Assembly (NCBI RefSeq): GCF_006345805.1
Contig: NC_043013.1
Location: 26,846,001-26,910,000 of the forward strand
Reading direction: 5' to 3'
DNA length: 64,000 nucleotides
From: Octopus sinensis
Lineage: Eukaryota
In this document: positions 49,434 to 61,802 of the stretch, piece after piece
Layout of the letters: every line of letters starts with the position of its first letter
Numbering within the stretch: the first letter of the stretch is position 1
The notes under the pieces: generated by a model
What the model was told of the DNA's origin: nothing
What the model saw: only the letters and a program-made list of their open reading frames with translations
Databases searched by the model: none
Position numbers and translations under genes: made by a program

Positions 49434-51500
49434 CTTGTTTATTGGATCTGACCCATGACAAATACTTGTCTGTGATGATAATAATAAATCACTTCAGATT
49501 TTCTGTTGAGGGAAACAGCAAGATGCCTAAGGATATGCAGTTTCTCAGATAGCAGTAGTTATACCAGTAGCTACACAATCTACCAGAATATGGAGGGACC
49601 CTATCAATAATGATCTAAGTTATAGTGGAGTACTTTATGTCCTTGGTTCTTAAGCTTCCAAATGAAACAGGAAAGAGTAGGAAAGTTCATTTAGCTTATT
49701 CTTGAACCTAAGAGAGTACAGATGTTGATTATATCAGTCTTTAAATTCATGAGTGAGGTTTGTACATTCTTCTAAATAGCATCTGGTGGGATGAGGGTGG
49801 CTGAACATCTGTGCTCTTTTTGAACTCAAAATATGAAAATGCAGGAAAATGAAAACACTTTCAAGCATTTAATTTAGTGGTCCACTGTTTTTGACAATTC
49901 TACTTCTGTTAATAAGTATATACATACAAAATGATTTAAAATATGTAAGGGAATTCATCTCAAAAACTATGTGAATGTAATAACTAACTGATTACAGATG
50001 GGACACCCTAAAATAACGACAGCTCTTCACTCTACTTGAATATCATTCCACTCCTCTTGCTAATAGGCATAAATCAAAACAGCTTTTAAAGATCAAACAA
50101 TTTGGCAACCTTTAAAACCCAATTTTGATAAACAAATTCATGTACGATTCTATTGACAATATTTTAAAAGAAAAAAATTTGCTTTTTCTCTGAGAATTAT
50201 TAATTGAATTGTCTGTAACAAATAAAATAAAATATAAATAAAAGTGTTATTAAAATTTTATATAAAACAACTTGCCATAAATGAGTTGAAGTTTTCATAA
50301 TGAGTAAATAACAAGAGATATGCTAAAAAACATTTTTTTTTATCTTTTATGATTGAATTTATAGCTTTTTAATGCTGTTTATACTGTAATTTAAAGAGAA
50401 TTTATCTATATTTATAATAAAAATATCATTCAAGTTATATTATATTTATACAAATTATGTTGATTTTAGAGGGAGTTCTTTTGTTGCTGCATATTTTTTT
50501 TTTGCTACTGTTCTTTTGTTGTTCTTTGATGTGATTATTATCCCATCTTTATGTATTTGGGAGTAATAACAGGTAGTTCTGTCTAAGTCTTTTGAAGTGG
50601 TTATATTTTTGTGTTGTTTAGACAGATTTCAATGTCACATGGATTCCTGCGACAGCCATTTCTTTTACAATACAATAGTTCTGTTCTCTCTCTCTCTCGT
50701 ATGATTATAATAAATATTATTCATATTATATCTATGCAAATCGTGTTTGTTTTTCAGGGAGATTTCTCCTTCTATTATTTGATTTGATTATATTTCCATA
50801 GATTTTGTTCTGAAGGGCACAACAAGTAGTTTCCTATCTTTGTCTTTTCAAGTAATTATATGCAACGTAGATAAACAGGTTTCAATATTATACAGATGCC
50901 TTTTAACAGATTTTAATGGCAGACAATTTTTCTCTTGGTTTTTTTGGTTTTGTTATACTGTGAAAATTATGCTTTGTGATGTGTGTGTGTGTGGTGCATG
51001 TGTATGCGTGCATGTGTGTGCGTGCATGCATGCACATGTGTGTGTGTGCATTTGTGTATATGTATGTCTATGTAAATGTATGAATATATGTGTGTGTGCA
51101 TGTGTGTGTGTGCGCGCATGCATGTGTATGTTATATGTATGAGTATATAAATGTATGAATGTGTTTGTGTGTGTGTGTGTGTGTGTGTGCGTACGTATGT
51201 GTGTGTATGTGTGTATATAGATGGGCCAGGGTACCTTGGCCAGAGAAAGATGGGCAATACCCTTGTCCCTTTTCAGGACTTCCATAACTGATACGAAAGT
51301 GAGAGAAAGTTATCCTCAAATTGGAAACTCTGAATGCTCGCAACTGGGTGGACTCTGCTAAAGTCATCAAAGAGACAGATGATGGTGTTAAATCTGGCAA
51401 CAGATTAAGACTATCATCCTCAAGACTTTTGTTTCTTCTGAAGAGCTTCCTCATAGTTTCCTTCTGTTGATTTTCTCTAACAAAGTTTTGGTTGACTTAA

Positions 51501-51892
51501 CCCTTTGGCAATCATGTTACTCTGTCGAACATAATGCTTTTTATTCGCAGTCACTTGAGTTCATCATGCCTTATCTACAAAGATGCTATAGGGTAGGTTT
51601 GAGAGGTCAGATTTAGCTTGGTTGAACATAAAACAAGTAGAATATTTTGGGATGGATGTGGCCAGTTTAACCTTTAGCATTCAGACTACTCTGTCAAATG
51701 TCATGCTTATTTGGTCACATTGTTTTGAATTAATTATGCATTATCTCATAGCTTTGAGGTTTCAATGAAGTGATAGTTTAATTTTTAGAATAACATTGTA
51801 GGGCAGGTGTAAGGGACTGGATCTGGCCAGTTTGAACATAGAAATAAAACAGAATATCTGAACGAGATATGGCCAGTTTGAAGGCTAAAGGG
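51501..51892. mobile_element. Two adjacent or nested piggyBac-type MITE copies (51501-51666, 51671-51892)
   Basis: TTAA at 51497, 51667 and 51893; same internal sequence as 36550-36762. Confidence 0.82.
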
Positions 51893-52427
51893 TTAATGAT
51901 ATAGTGTCACAGTGACAATGACTCTGAAACCACATGCCCATGAAGCAAACTCCTAAACTACACAGTCACATGTGCACTTCATCTGATGGAAAATCAGAAA
52001 ATATCAAGAGTACAGGAAGCCAAAATTCAAAGTTAGAGGACAGACAATAAAAATTACTACTAAAAAAAAATTAAAACAAGTAGAATAATTAGCCCCACAT
52101 AAAGGTCAACAGAATATAAATAAATGTAAAATTTATATCTAATAATTCTTTTGACTTTGTACATATAATATTGATAAGCTGCAACAACGGTGAAATGTGT
52201 ATCTGTCAATCTCACAGTCACTTTCAAGGTGAAGTATATTATGCTTTTTAACACATTACATCTATAAAGGGATTTCATAGATAAACTGTAGCTTCTGGCT
52301 TTTCAACAAGACACAAATACATTAAATATGTTATAGATTTTAGTTTAGAGAGGCTTCTATTGCATAATTTGAATAATATATATATATTTATATCATCATC
52401 ATCATCACCACCACTACCACCACCACC

Positions 52428-52474
<47 letters not shown>

Positions 52475-52499
52475 TATCATCATCATCATCATCATTTAA

Positions 52500-52698
52500 A
52501 CCTCTAGCGTTCAGATTATTGTCAAATGGCGTAGGAGTGGCTTTGTGGTAAGTAGCTTGCTTACCAACCACATGGTTCTGGGTTCAGTCCCACTGCATAG
52601 CACCTTGGACAAGTGTCTTCTATCATAGCCTTGGGCCGACCAAAGCTTTGTGAGTGGATTTGATAGATGGAAACTGAAAGAAGCCTGTCGTATATATG

Positions 52699-52732
<34 letters not shown>

Positions 52733-53147
52733 CATATACGTATGCGTGTGTATATGCTTGTGTGTCAGTGTTTGTCTCCCCAATATCGCTTGACAACAGA
52801 TGCTGGTGTGTGTACATCCCTGTAACTTAGTGGTTCGGCAAAAGCAACTGATAGAATAAGTACTAGGCTTACAAAGAATAAGTCCTGGGGTCAATTTGCT
52901 CGACTAAAGGTGGTGCTCCAGCATGGCCACAGTCAAATGACTGAAACAAGTAAAAGAGAGTAAAAGAGTAAATGTAATACTTATTTATTCACATTGTTTT
53001 GGATTAATCCTGCATCATCTTGCAGCTTTGAAATTTCAGTGAAGTGATTGTATAAATTTTTACAATGACATTGTAGGGTAAGTGTGAGAGGTCAGAACTG
53101 GCTTGTTCAAACATAAAACAAATATGACTGGTTTAAATATTAAAGGG
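52500..53147. mobile_element. piggyBac-type MITE interrupted by a full SINE-A (52529-52969, + strand)
   Basis: MITE left end before the SINE and remainder after it; AAATG duplicated at 52524-52528 and 52970-52974. Confidence 0.85.
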
Positions 53148-53714
53148 TTAACATCCTTTATTACCATGCTGATATTGGTTGAATGGTTTGAAAAGAACAG
53201 ACTAGCCAGAGGACTCAGCCAGGTTCTACATTTTGGCATGGCTTCTACAAATGAATGCTCTTTCTAACACAAGCCACAACGTAGTGGGTGCTTTTATGTG
53301 GTACCAGCACCAGTGAGGTCACCGAGTGCACGTAAGATAAGACCTATCAACTGAGCAGGATATAGGCTCAGGGGTGAAGGAACTAGGATAGAGGTAGAGG
53401 AGCAAGTGTCTTGCTGAAGATATGGGTGTATGTACAGGAGTGTATGTGTGCGTATGACAAGAGGTTGTGTGTTCATGCATGTGTGTCTCTGTGTGTTTGT
53501 CTCTGCACATCTTCACAACGACACCACTTCAGCTATGATGTCATTGTTTAAGTCTTTCAATAAATGAAATTATCTGACATCAGATTCGTGTGGAAAGACA
53601 TGGAATGAAGCACCTTATCGAAAAAGTCAGTCGAGGCATTGAGAAGGAGCATCTTACCAGAGGATACAGGCATAAGAACAAAGAAAAAAAGGCACAGAAA
53701 AGGCAAACATAAAA

Positions 53715-54340
53715 AACAATGAGGACAACGACAACAATGATGATGATGATGATAACAACAACGACGACGACGACAATGATGGTGATTATGATGATGATGA
53801 TGATGATTATGACAGTAATGACGATGATGATGATGGTGATGATGATGATGATGCTGGTGATGATGTCAATGAAGACCGTCATCATAAACATGATGATCTG
53901 AATGATAACAATGATGATGAGGATGATGATGATGATGATGACAATGACGATGACAAAGACGACAACGATGATGATGGTGATGATGATGATGATGATGATG
54001 CAGGTGATGACAATGAGGCTGGTGATGATGACAATGAAGATTGTCATCACAAACATGATGATCTGGACAATAACAATGATGATGAGGATGATGATGATGA
54101 TGACAATGACGATGACAAAGACGACAACGATGATGATGGTGATGATGATGATGATGATAATGAGATGATGATTATGACAGTAATGACGATGATGATGATG
54201 ATGATGATGATGCAGGTGATGACAATGAGGCTGGTGATGATGACAATGAAGATTGTCATCACAAACATGATGATCTGGACGATAACAATGATGATGATGA
54301 TGATGATGATGACAACAGTGATAATGAAGATGACATTTAT
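53715..54340. repeat. Degenerate (GAT/GAC/AAT)n tract with a higher-order repeat of about 130-170 bp
   Basis: Block TCATCA[T/C]AAACATGATGATCTG recurs three times (about 53879, 54044, 54256). Confidence 0.9.
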
Positions 54341-54581
54341 ATTTCTTTAAGCTATAATTTTTGCTTTGTAATTTTCTTTGCAATAATGTTGAATTTTTTC
54401 TTTCAGGCACCGTTCTTATATTTTTGTTTCATTTAGATTCACATTGAAAACCCTGTTATTCAACCCCCACCCAATCAAAAAAGACTGTTTAAATAAATGG
54501 TTTTGTATCAATCATTAAATCATCAAAACCTAATGAAAAGTTTATAATTTCAGTTATTAGAAATAATAAATATCTATTAAC

Positions 54582-54668
<87 letters not shown>

Positions 54669-55574
54669 CGTCGTTCTGTTAGCCATATCACTGCTGTCTC
54701 TATTGTCACTATTGATAATTGTGATTTCACGCAGAAGCAGTTTTGATAGATGTAACTAGATGATATTGCTAACACTTCATGACATCCCTAATTGAGGAGA
54801 CCTACGATTTAAAGCCTTCCACCTATGACTATCACATCGTATTTTCAGATACAGTGCATTTAGAACTACACTATCCAAAATTCTTTTTCTTTAAAATAGC
54901 AAGATAAGATTTGATGCATTCTTGGTTGCTGTTTCCAGCAGTCAAACAACCACTTCACCCATATATGCCCATAAAAAAATGAAGTCTTAAAATTTCACAG
55001 TATTTAGATTAAACGTTTATGGTAAGTTTTCAAAATCTGGAAGAGAAGGACAGCATGCAGTCGTTAGCTATGGGTGTCGATTACCAACTGAACATTTTGT
55101 ATTCTTGGTCAGATTCTTCCTGGTGAGTTCATGTCCAAACAAGTAGGAGCAGGTTCTGCATTGCGAAATCGCAACCAGGGATATACATGGGTTAAGATCA
55201 CTTATTCTTACCACAGGAGTAAGAATTAGTAAATTGATGTTGTTGTTGTTTAGTTATAGATCAGCCAAGATCAAGCAGACCTGTGACCAAAACCATTCCA
55301 TCCAGGCATGACAGCACATCTCTTTTCTTATGTGCAAAGAACTTAGGGTTACATTTTCCAAATGTATTGTTTTCTTAGATGGTGGAATGTGATTTGAGGG
55401 TGATTTGTTTGCTATTTCAAGCAAGTTGGGGAGCTGTATAGAGGCTTCCAAAGACTTAACTGGGAAAGCCATGTAAACCACTCTCTAGCAAATCACTGGT
55501 TCCTGTCATCATCATCCTCATCATCATTTAATGTCTGTGGATTGGACAGTTTGACAGGAGATGACAATAATAAT

Positions 55575-55995
55575 CCTTTCTACTGGAAGCACAAGGCCTC
55601 AAATTTGGGAGAAAGGATTAAAGCGATTACATCAACCCCAGTGTTTCACTGGTACTTATTTAATTGACCCCAAAAGGATGAAAGGCAAAGTCGACCTCGG
55701 CAGAATTTGAACTCAGAACATAGCGGTAGACGAAATATCATTAAGCATTTCACCTTGCATGCTAATGATTCTGCCAGCTCGCCGCCTGGAGATAACAAAA
55801 GTAATAATAATAATTTTTGCTACTTTTAGTGGAGGGGCTAGTTGATTATATGGACCCCAGTCCTTGATTTGTACTTATTTCTTTGACCCCAAAAGTGATG
55901 AAAGGCAAAGTCAACTTCAGTGGAATTTGGACTCAGAACCTAAAGAAGAAATGCTACTAAACATTTTGCTGTGCTCATGATTCTGCCAGCTAATG
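55575..55995 (-). mobile_element. Two tandem SINE-B copies
   Basis: Reverse complement of the family consensus, twice. Confidence 0.85.
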
Positions 55996-56510
55996 CTATA
56001 CAATCAATAGAAATAATAAAAATGTTTTAATTATAATGATGCATGTTCATGATATAATTGAACGTGTTAATAAAGCCAAGTTAAATCACATTAAACTTGA
56101 TTGTAACATAAAACTTCAGCTTGTTTTTTCAAAAACCTCTTTTTACACTTTCAAAACTACTAAATTTTCATAATGCTGACAAGAATTTTTTTTATATTTA
56201 CATAATTTATCAAAGTTTTAAGGTAATTTATTATGCATTTTTGACATTGTTTCATTAAATTGAAATTCTGTTTCTGCATATAATTAGGCCTAATACAAAA
56301 TGTAAATCTCATACACATATAAAATATAAAAAGAATGGCTTGCTTGGCTAAATAAGAACATATCATACACATTTTTTTTTAGATATAGAGGAATTTTTTT
56401 GAGAGGAACCTTACTTAAAAGTAGGTTTCTTTGCCATTAATATCTTTGTTTTTTAAAACAAACTTAAAAAGCTGTATTTTTAGGAATCTTGGATGTTCTC
56501 TATTTGAAAA

Positions 56511-56545
<35 letters not shown>

Positions 56546-57944
56546 CATCCCTACCACTAAATTTTTATTCACTTCAATTCACCAGTGATGTAATTCTCCA
56601 AAGACAAAGCAAAAATAAAGTTATTCTCATGTCTTTGACACAGATGCATTCCTGGATCAAGCAAAGACCAAATTTGGGCATCAGGTTCTTGGACTGTAGT
56701 CAGATGCTTGTAGTTCTCTAGCAATCTGACAACATGGCCAGTGATATATCAACCCCAGCATTCTATAAAATGTTAGTGTTTGATGGTATGAACAATAAAA
56801 TTTTCAAGGAGAATCTGGTCAGCAATGGAAATCAATTGAACAGCTCTTTTGAGAGAAGTTTAAAGAAAATCAGTACCAGTGAAGTACCAGGTTTGATGAA
56901 ATAATAGTCAAGTACCAGGGTTGATAAAAATAAATGCACTAATCAAATTTTGGGGTTCACACAATCGATTATCCCTTGCCTTCAAAATTTCTGGTGAATA
57001 AAATACAATTAAAACCACATTATCTGTATTAGGGCTTATAACATTACACACAGCCCACATCTCCCCGTGAGGCGCTTTCAATTCAAGGGCACAATTAAAA
57101 CAGCACCCCGTCATATATTCAGCACAGGAACTCAATAAAATAACCCAAGCCACACAACATATATTATACTTGATCCCCACTACTCAAGAGATGTACTCTA
57201 CACACATAACATATGCTGATTCTACAGAACAAACATGTCACATTCTACACAGCTGCACCAAATTAATGACACACAAACCACATACATCTAATCAATACAC
57301 CTGACTGCGACCCTTGTATTGTTCTGACCCTAATATGATGCTATTATGGTTTGAGTCTATAGACAGGTCTGTGGCAAACCAGCTCAGCTTATACTCTATT
57401 CTGCTTTGAAATCCAAACAGATACTTCCATATAACCTGGCCTGGTCAATAGAGACTACATTGTTTTACATATCGACCAAGGTTTCTTTTAGATGCTAGAG
57501 AACACAGAACACCCTGTCACTTCTTACTTGGTCTTGAATAATACCTCAGGTAAGGAGATACACTTTTTTGTGACAACCTCCTGTCACACTTCCAGTTAAG
57601 CCTTCACTTAGTCTACATCCAAAATTTGCCTGATTCCGGCAAATGTCAGTGAAATTGCTTCCATTACCACTAACGTTCTTATTCTACAAAATGTGTTGGC
57701 ATATGTGCATTCTTGTTGTTGCTATGACCAAAACTGTTCCAATAAATGTTGTCACTAATTCTGAGATCTTTGAAAATGTGCATACTTTGTTGGAAAATAT
57801 TCTGTTTATTTTTTTTTTTCTGTTTAATGTTTGTAAAAACATAGTTATTCTAGCTAAAAATTTTGGAAACATTCCCAATTAAAGAAGCCATTTTGTTTAA
57901 TTATGAATGAAGAAGAAAATACTTTCTTCACAAATTAAAAGGTT

Positions 57945-57975
<31 letters not shown>

Positions 57976-58334
57976 GTTCAAAAAGGAAAGAAATCATAGA
58001 AACAATTAATAATTACCTTTCTACAGAGAAATTCTGATCTGACTTAATTTCACTAGAAAAATCCACAAATTTGGAAAGCAAGATGTACCACTTCAGACTG
58101 ATACAGTCATACTAATAATAATAATGATAAGAATGGTGGTGGTGGTGGTGGTGGTGGTTGGTGGTGGTGGTAATGATGGCAATGATGATGTCAGCAAAAG
58201 CGCAGACACTGTTGTGCCAAAAACTGAACTTGTCCAAGCTACATGCAGAGCATGTGAGTCAGTTCCACTGCTCTGCATGTATCTTGGACAAGTTCAGTTG
58301 TTGGCATTTCCATGCATGCAGAGGGGGGATATAC

Positions 58335-58640
58335 ATAGGTACAAACATGGTTGTGTGGTTAAGAAGTATGGTTTCAAGATCAATCTCACTATATAGCACC
58401 TTGAGCAAGTGATTTTTACTCTAGCCCCAGGTCAATCAATAACTTGTGAGTGAATTTGGTAGACCAGAACTGGGTGCAAGCCCATCATGCATATGTGTGT
58501 GTGTGTGTGTGTGTGTGTGCGCACGCGTTTGTGTGTGTTTGAGTTAGCATTTGTCATCCCCATCACTGTCACCATTTAACAAGTGGTATTGGTTTGTTTA
58601 TGTCCCTGTAACTCAGTGGTTTGGCAAAAGAGACCAATGG

Positions 58641-58715
<75 letters not shown>

Positions 58716-58840
58716 ATCATCATCATCAAGTACCAGATTTAAAAAAGAAAAAAATGCTGAGGCTGATTACAGTTCATTCAACCCTTCCAGGTGGTGCCCC
58801 AGCATGGCCACAGTTCAGTGACCAAAACAAGTAAAAAACA
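58335..58840 (+). mobile_element. SINE-A with a (CAT)n expansion inside the 3' block
   Basis: Head, (TG)n, then (CAT)n at 58643-58728 between GGAAT and AAGTACCAG. Confidence 0.82.
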
Positions 58841-58932
58841 ATATATATATATATATATATATTACAGCAGTGGTGCCCCAGCATGGCCACGGCCTTCGGG
58901 CTAAAACATTTTTAAGGATTTAAGGATATATA

Positions 58933-59065
58933 TTAAAATTAATCAAAGGACACACTAAATATGTCTACCTGCTGGAAATAACAGTCAAAACTCTTATTTA
59001 TTAAGAGTTTTGACTGTTATTTCCAGCAGGTAGACATACTTAGTATGTCCTTTGATTAATTTTAA
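58933..59065. repeat. Near-perfect palindrome (64-bp arms, 5-nt loop)
   Basis: 58933-58996 pairs with 59002-59065; 2 mismatches. Confidence 0.95.
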
Positions 59066-59537
59066 TCCTTCAGCTACTTAATGCTGTTTTTGGAGGCCTG
59101 CAATTGCCTATATTATTGATTCTATTTTTATCATTTTTAAATTGTTACACTAGATAATAACAGAGTCAATGGTATCTTTGCAAATTAATTTTCCATGAAT
59201 TATTTGCTCCGTATTTAAATGAGATGTTTTTGCAGGATGTTAGAAATGAATGATGTTCATGAAGACAAGTAGACACAGACATACACACAGTCATGCATGC
59301 ATACACACACACACAAGAGTCACCCACACACATAGATAATATAGATAGAAAGATATATATATATGTATATATATATATGTGAATATAATAAAAAAAGGGT
59401 CATAACATAGATTACTACCAGTGGCCCAGCACAAAAGACGAATTAGTCATTAGACAAAATAATATTCTTATAGAAAAATATTATTCATATAGAAATATAA
59501 TTAAGGGCTCCTAAATAAGGATGCCAAGTGCTATTTA

Positions 59538-59622
<85 letters not shown>

Positions 59623-59689
59623 CCCACACACACAAAGACACACATATATATTCACGCACTTGCATGCATACACACACATATTCACACAC

Positions 59690-59860
59690 ACACACACACA
59701 CATGTATGAAAGGCTTATTCACATTGTATCTACCAAAAATTCCACTCTGGAGGTTTTGCTTAACCAGGGGCAAACCAAAGCCTTCAGAAGTCCCACACAA
59801 TAGGACTGAACCTGAAACTATATGGTTGGGAAGCAAAATTCTCAAAAATGCAGCCTGTCC
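59690..59860 (-). mobile_element. SINE-A/C head
   Basis: Reverse complement of the head. Confidence 0.7.
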
Positions 59861-60810
59861 GAAGAAATGTAAATAGATAAGATGTTTAGGCTTGGATTTC
59901 ATCCCTAAGATGTCCCATTTTATCAGTGCTTAAATATACAGATCTTCCAAAGACTGAAACACTGTCTATTCTAAGCCTTTTGGATGAAGAAGTATCAACT
60001 GCAGAGCTAAATGGATAAAAGAACATTGGCCTGAAGGATAGAATGTTAGTCTGTGCTTGAGACATTTCTGGAAGATCTGATAGCTATCATTCCATACTCT
60101 GCCTATCTCTCTACAGTTAGGTGATCTGGGTCACAAAGATTTTTAATTGCCCTGTTCAGAAAAACAATAAAAGGTCTGCAGCAGATATGAAATCCTGATC
60201 CATAAATTGATAGGCCATTTTACCATTATCTATTATCATCTCAGTTGCTTCTGTTTTAAAATAAATAATATATATATATTTACAAATGTGTATGAGTGCA
60301 TATTATGTGTATGTAAGCATGCATGCTTCTATAATATGTATGTGCAAATATGTATATTCACACACACACACACACATGTATAGTAAAAATTAGCTATTTA
60401 TTTTGCCAACTTTCATGGCCTGTTGTGAGTTGTTCTCCATATTAGGTAATGAAATTGTGTTGAATTATATTGGAAAGAGACCAAAAATTAGGTTTGCATA
60501 GAAATTTGTCATAATGAATAATTTACATTAATATTTCATGGATAAGAAAATGAAAATGTAATAATTGCTATAAATGCAATAAAAGTACTTAGTTAATGAA
60601 AAGGCTAAATGCTTTTTTGTTTGTTTGTTTGTTTGGTTGGTTGTGTGCTTTTTTTTTGTTTTTTCTTAGTCCAAGCTAGAAGTTCAATGGTTATAGCTTC
60701 TGTAGACCTTCCTATTGAAAGTAAGGTCGATGTTGTGGTGTTCAGCTTTGACTTCTGCATGTCAATGCTAGCAAGGAAATCATGGCAAAAAGAGAGTGAG
60801 GTGGCAGCAG

Positions 60811-61017
60811 TAGAGAAGAAGAAGAAGAAGAAGAAGAAGAAGAAGAAGAAGAAGAAGAAGAAGAAGAAGAAGAAGAAGAAGAAGAAGAAGAGAAGAAGAA
60901 GAAGAAGAAGAAGAGAAGAAGAAGAAGAAGAAGAAGAAGAAGAAGAAGAAGAAGAAGAGAGAAGAAGAAGAAGAAGAAGAAGAAGAAGAAGAAGAAGAAG
61001 AAGAAGAAGAAGAAGAA
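60811..61017. repeat. (AAG)n microsatellite
   Basis: Directly visible; source of the poly-K/R/E ORFs. Confidence 0.97.
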
Positions 61018-61476
61018 GGTGACTTGAGTTTTGGGAAGAACAAAAGGATAGGACAGAAAATGTAAATGATGTGCTTGGTACAAAGTTTATAGAGTAATTC
61101 ACACATAAAATAAAAAGAGGAGAAGAAAGAGGTGGGAGGTGAAGCAAATGAGGGTGGGTGTAGGACTTGTCACCCCTAACCCCCCCCACTCTATTTTGGT
61201 GTTTGTGCATGTAGTTTGGTAGTTCAGATGAACAAGAGCTGTTATAATAAGAAAAAAAAATGACCATAAGTATTGGTCATTGAGTATTTAGTTATTTAAA
61301 TCAAGTGAACTGCTTCCTTGTGGAATGAGTCTATAATAGGCTGAGTACTCCATCGATATATCATCATCATCATCATCATCAACATCAACATCAGCAACAT
61401 CATCAACATCATCAACGTTTGCTTTTCTTAAGATTGGTATTTAGGCAGTATGTGTGTATGACGGATAGGAAGACAT

Positions 61477-61802
<326 letters not shown>

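Noticed and set aside
53580-54410. 276-aa minus-strand poly-H/poly-I ORF
   Set aside because: Antisense reading of the GAT tract.
56908-57180. Cys-rich ORF with a hydrophobic N-terminus
   Set aside because: Starts at GTG, ends in SINE-B-like sequence, and has no recognisable family.
60605-61267. Poly-K/R/E and poly-L/S/F ORFs
   Set aside because: (AAG)n microsatellite.
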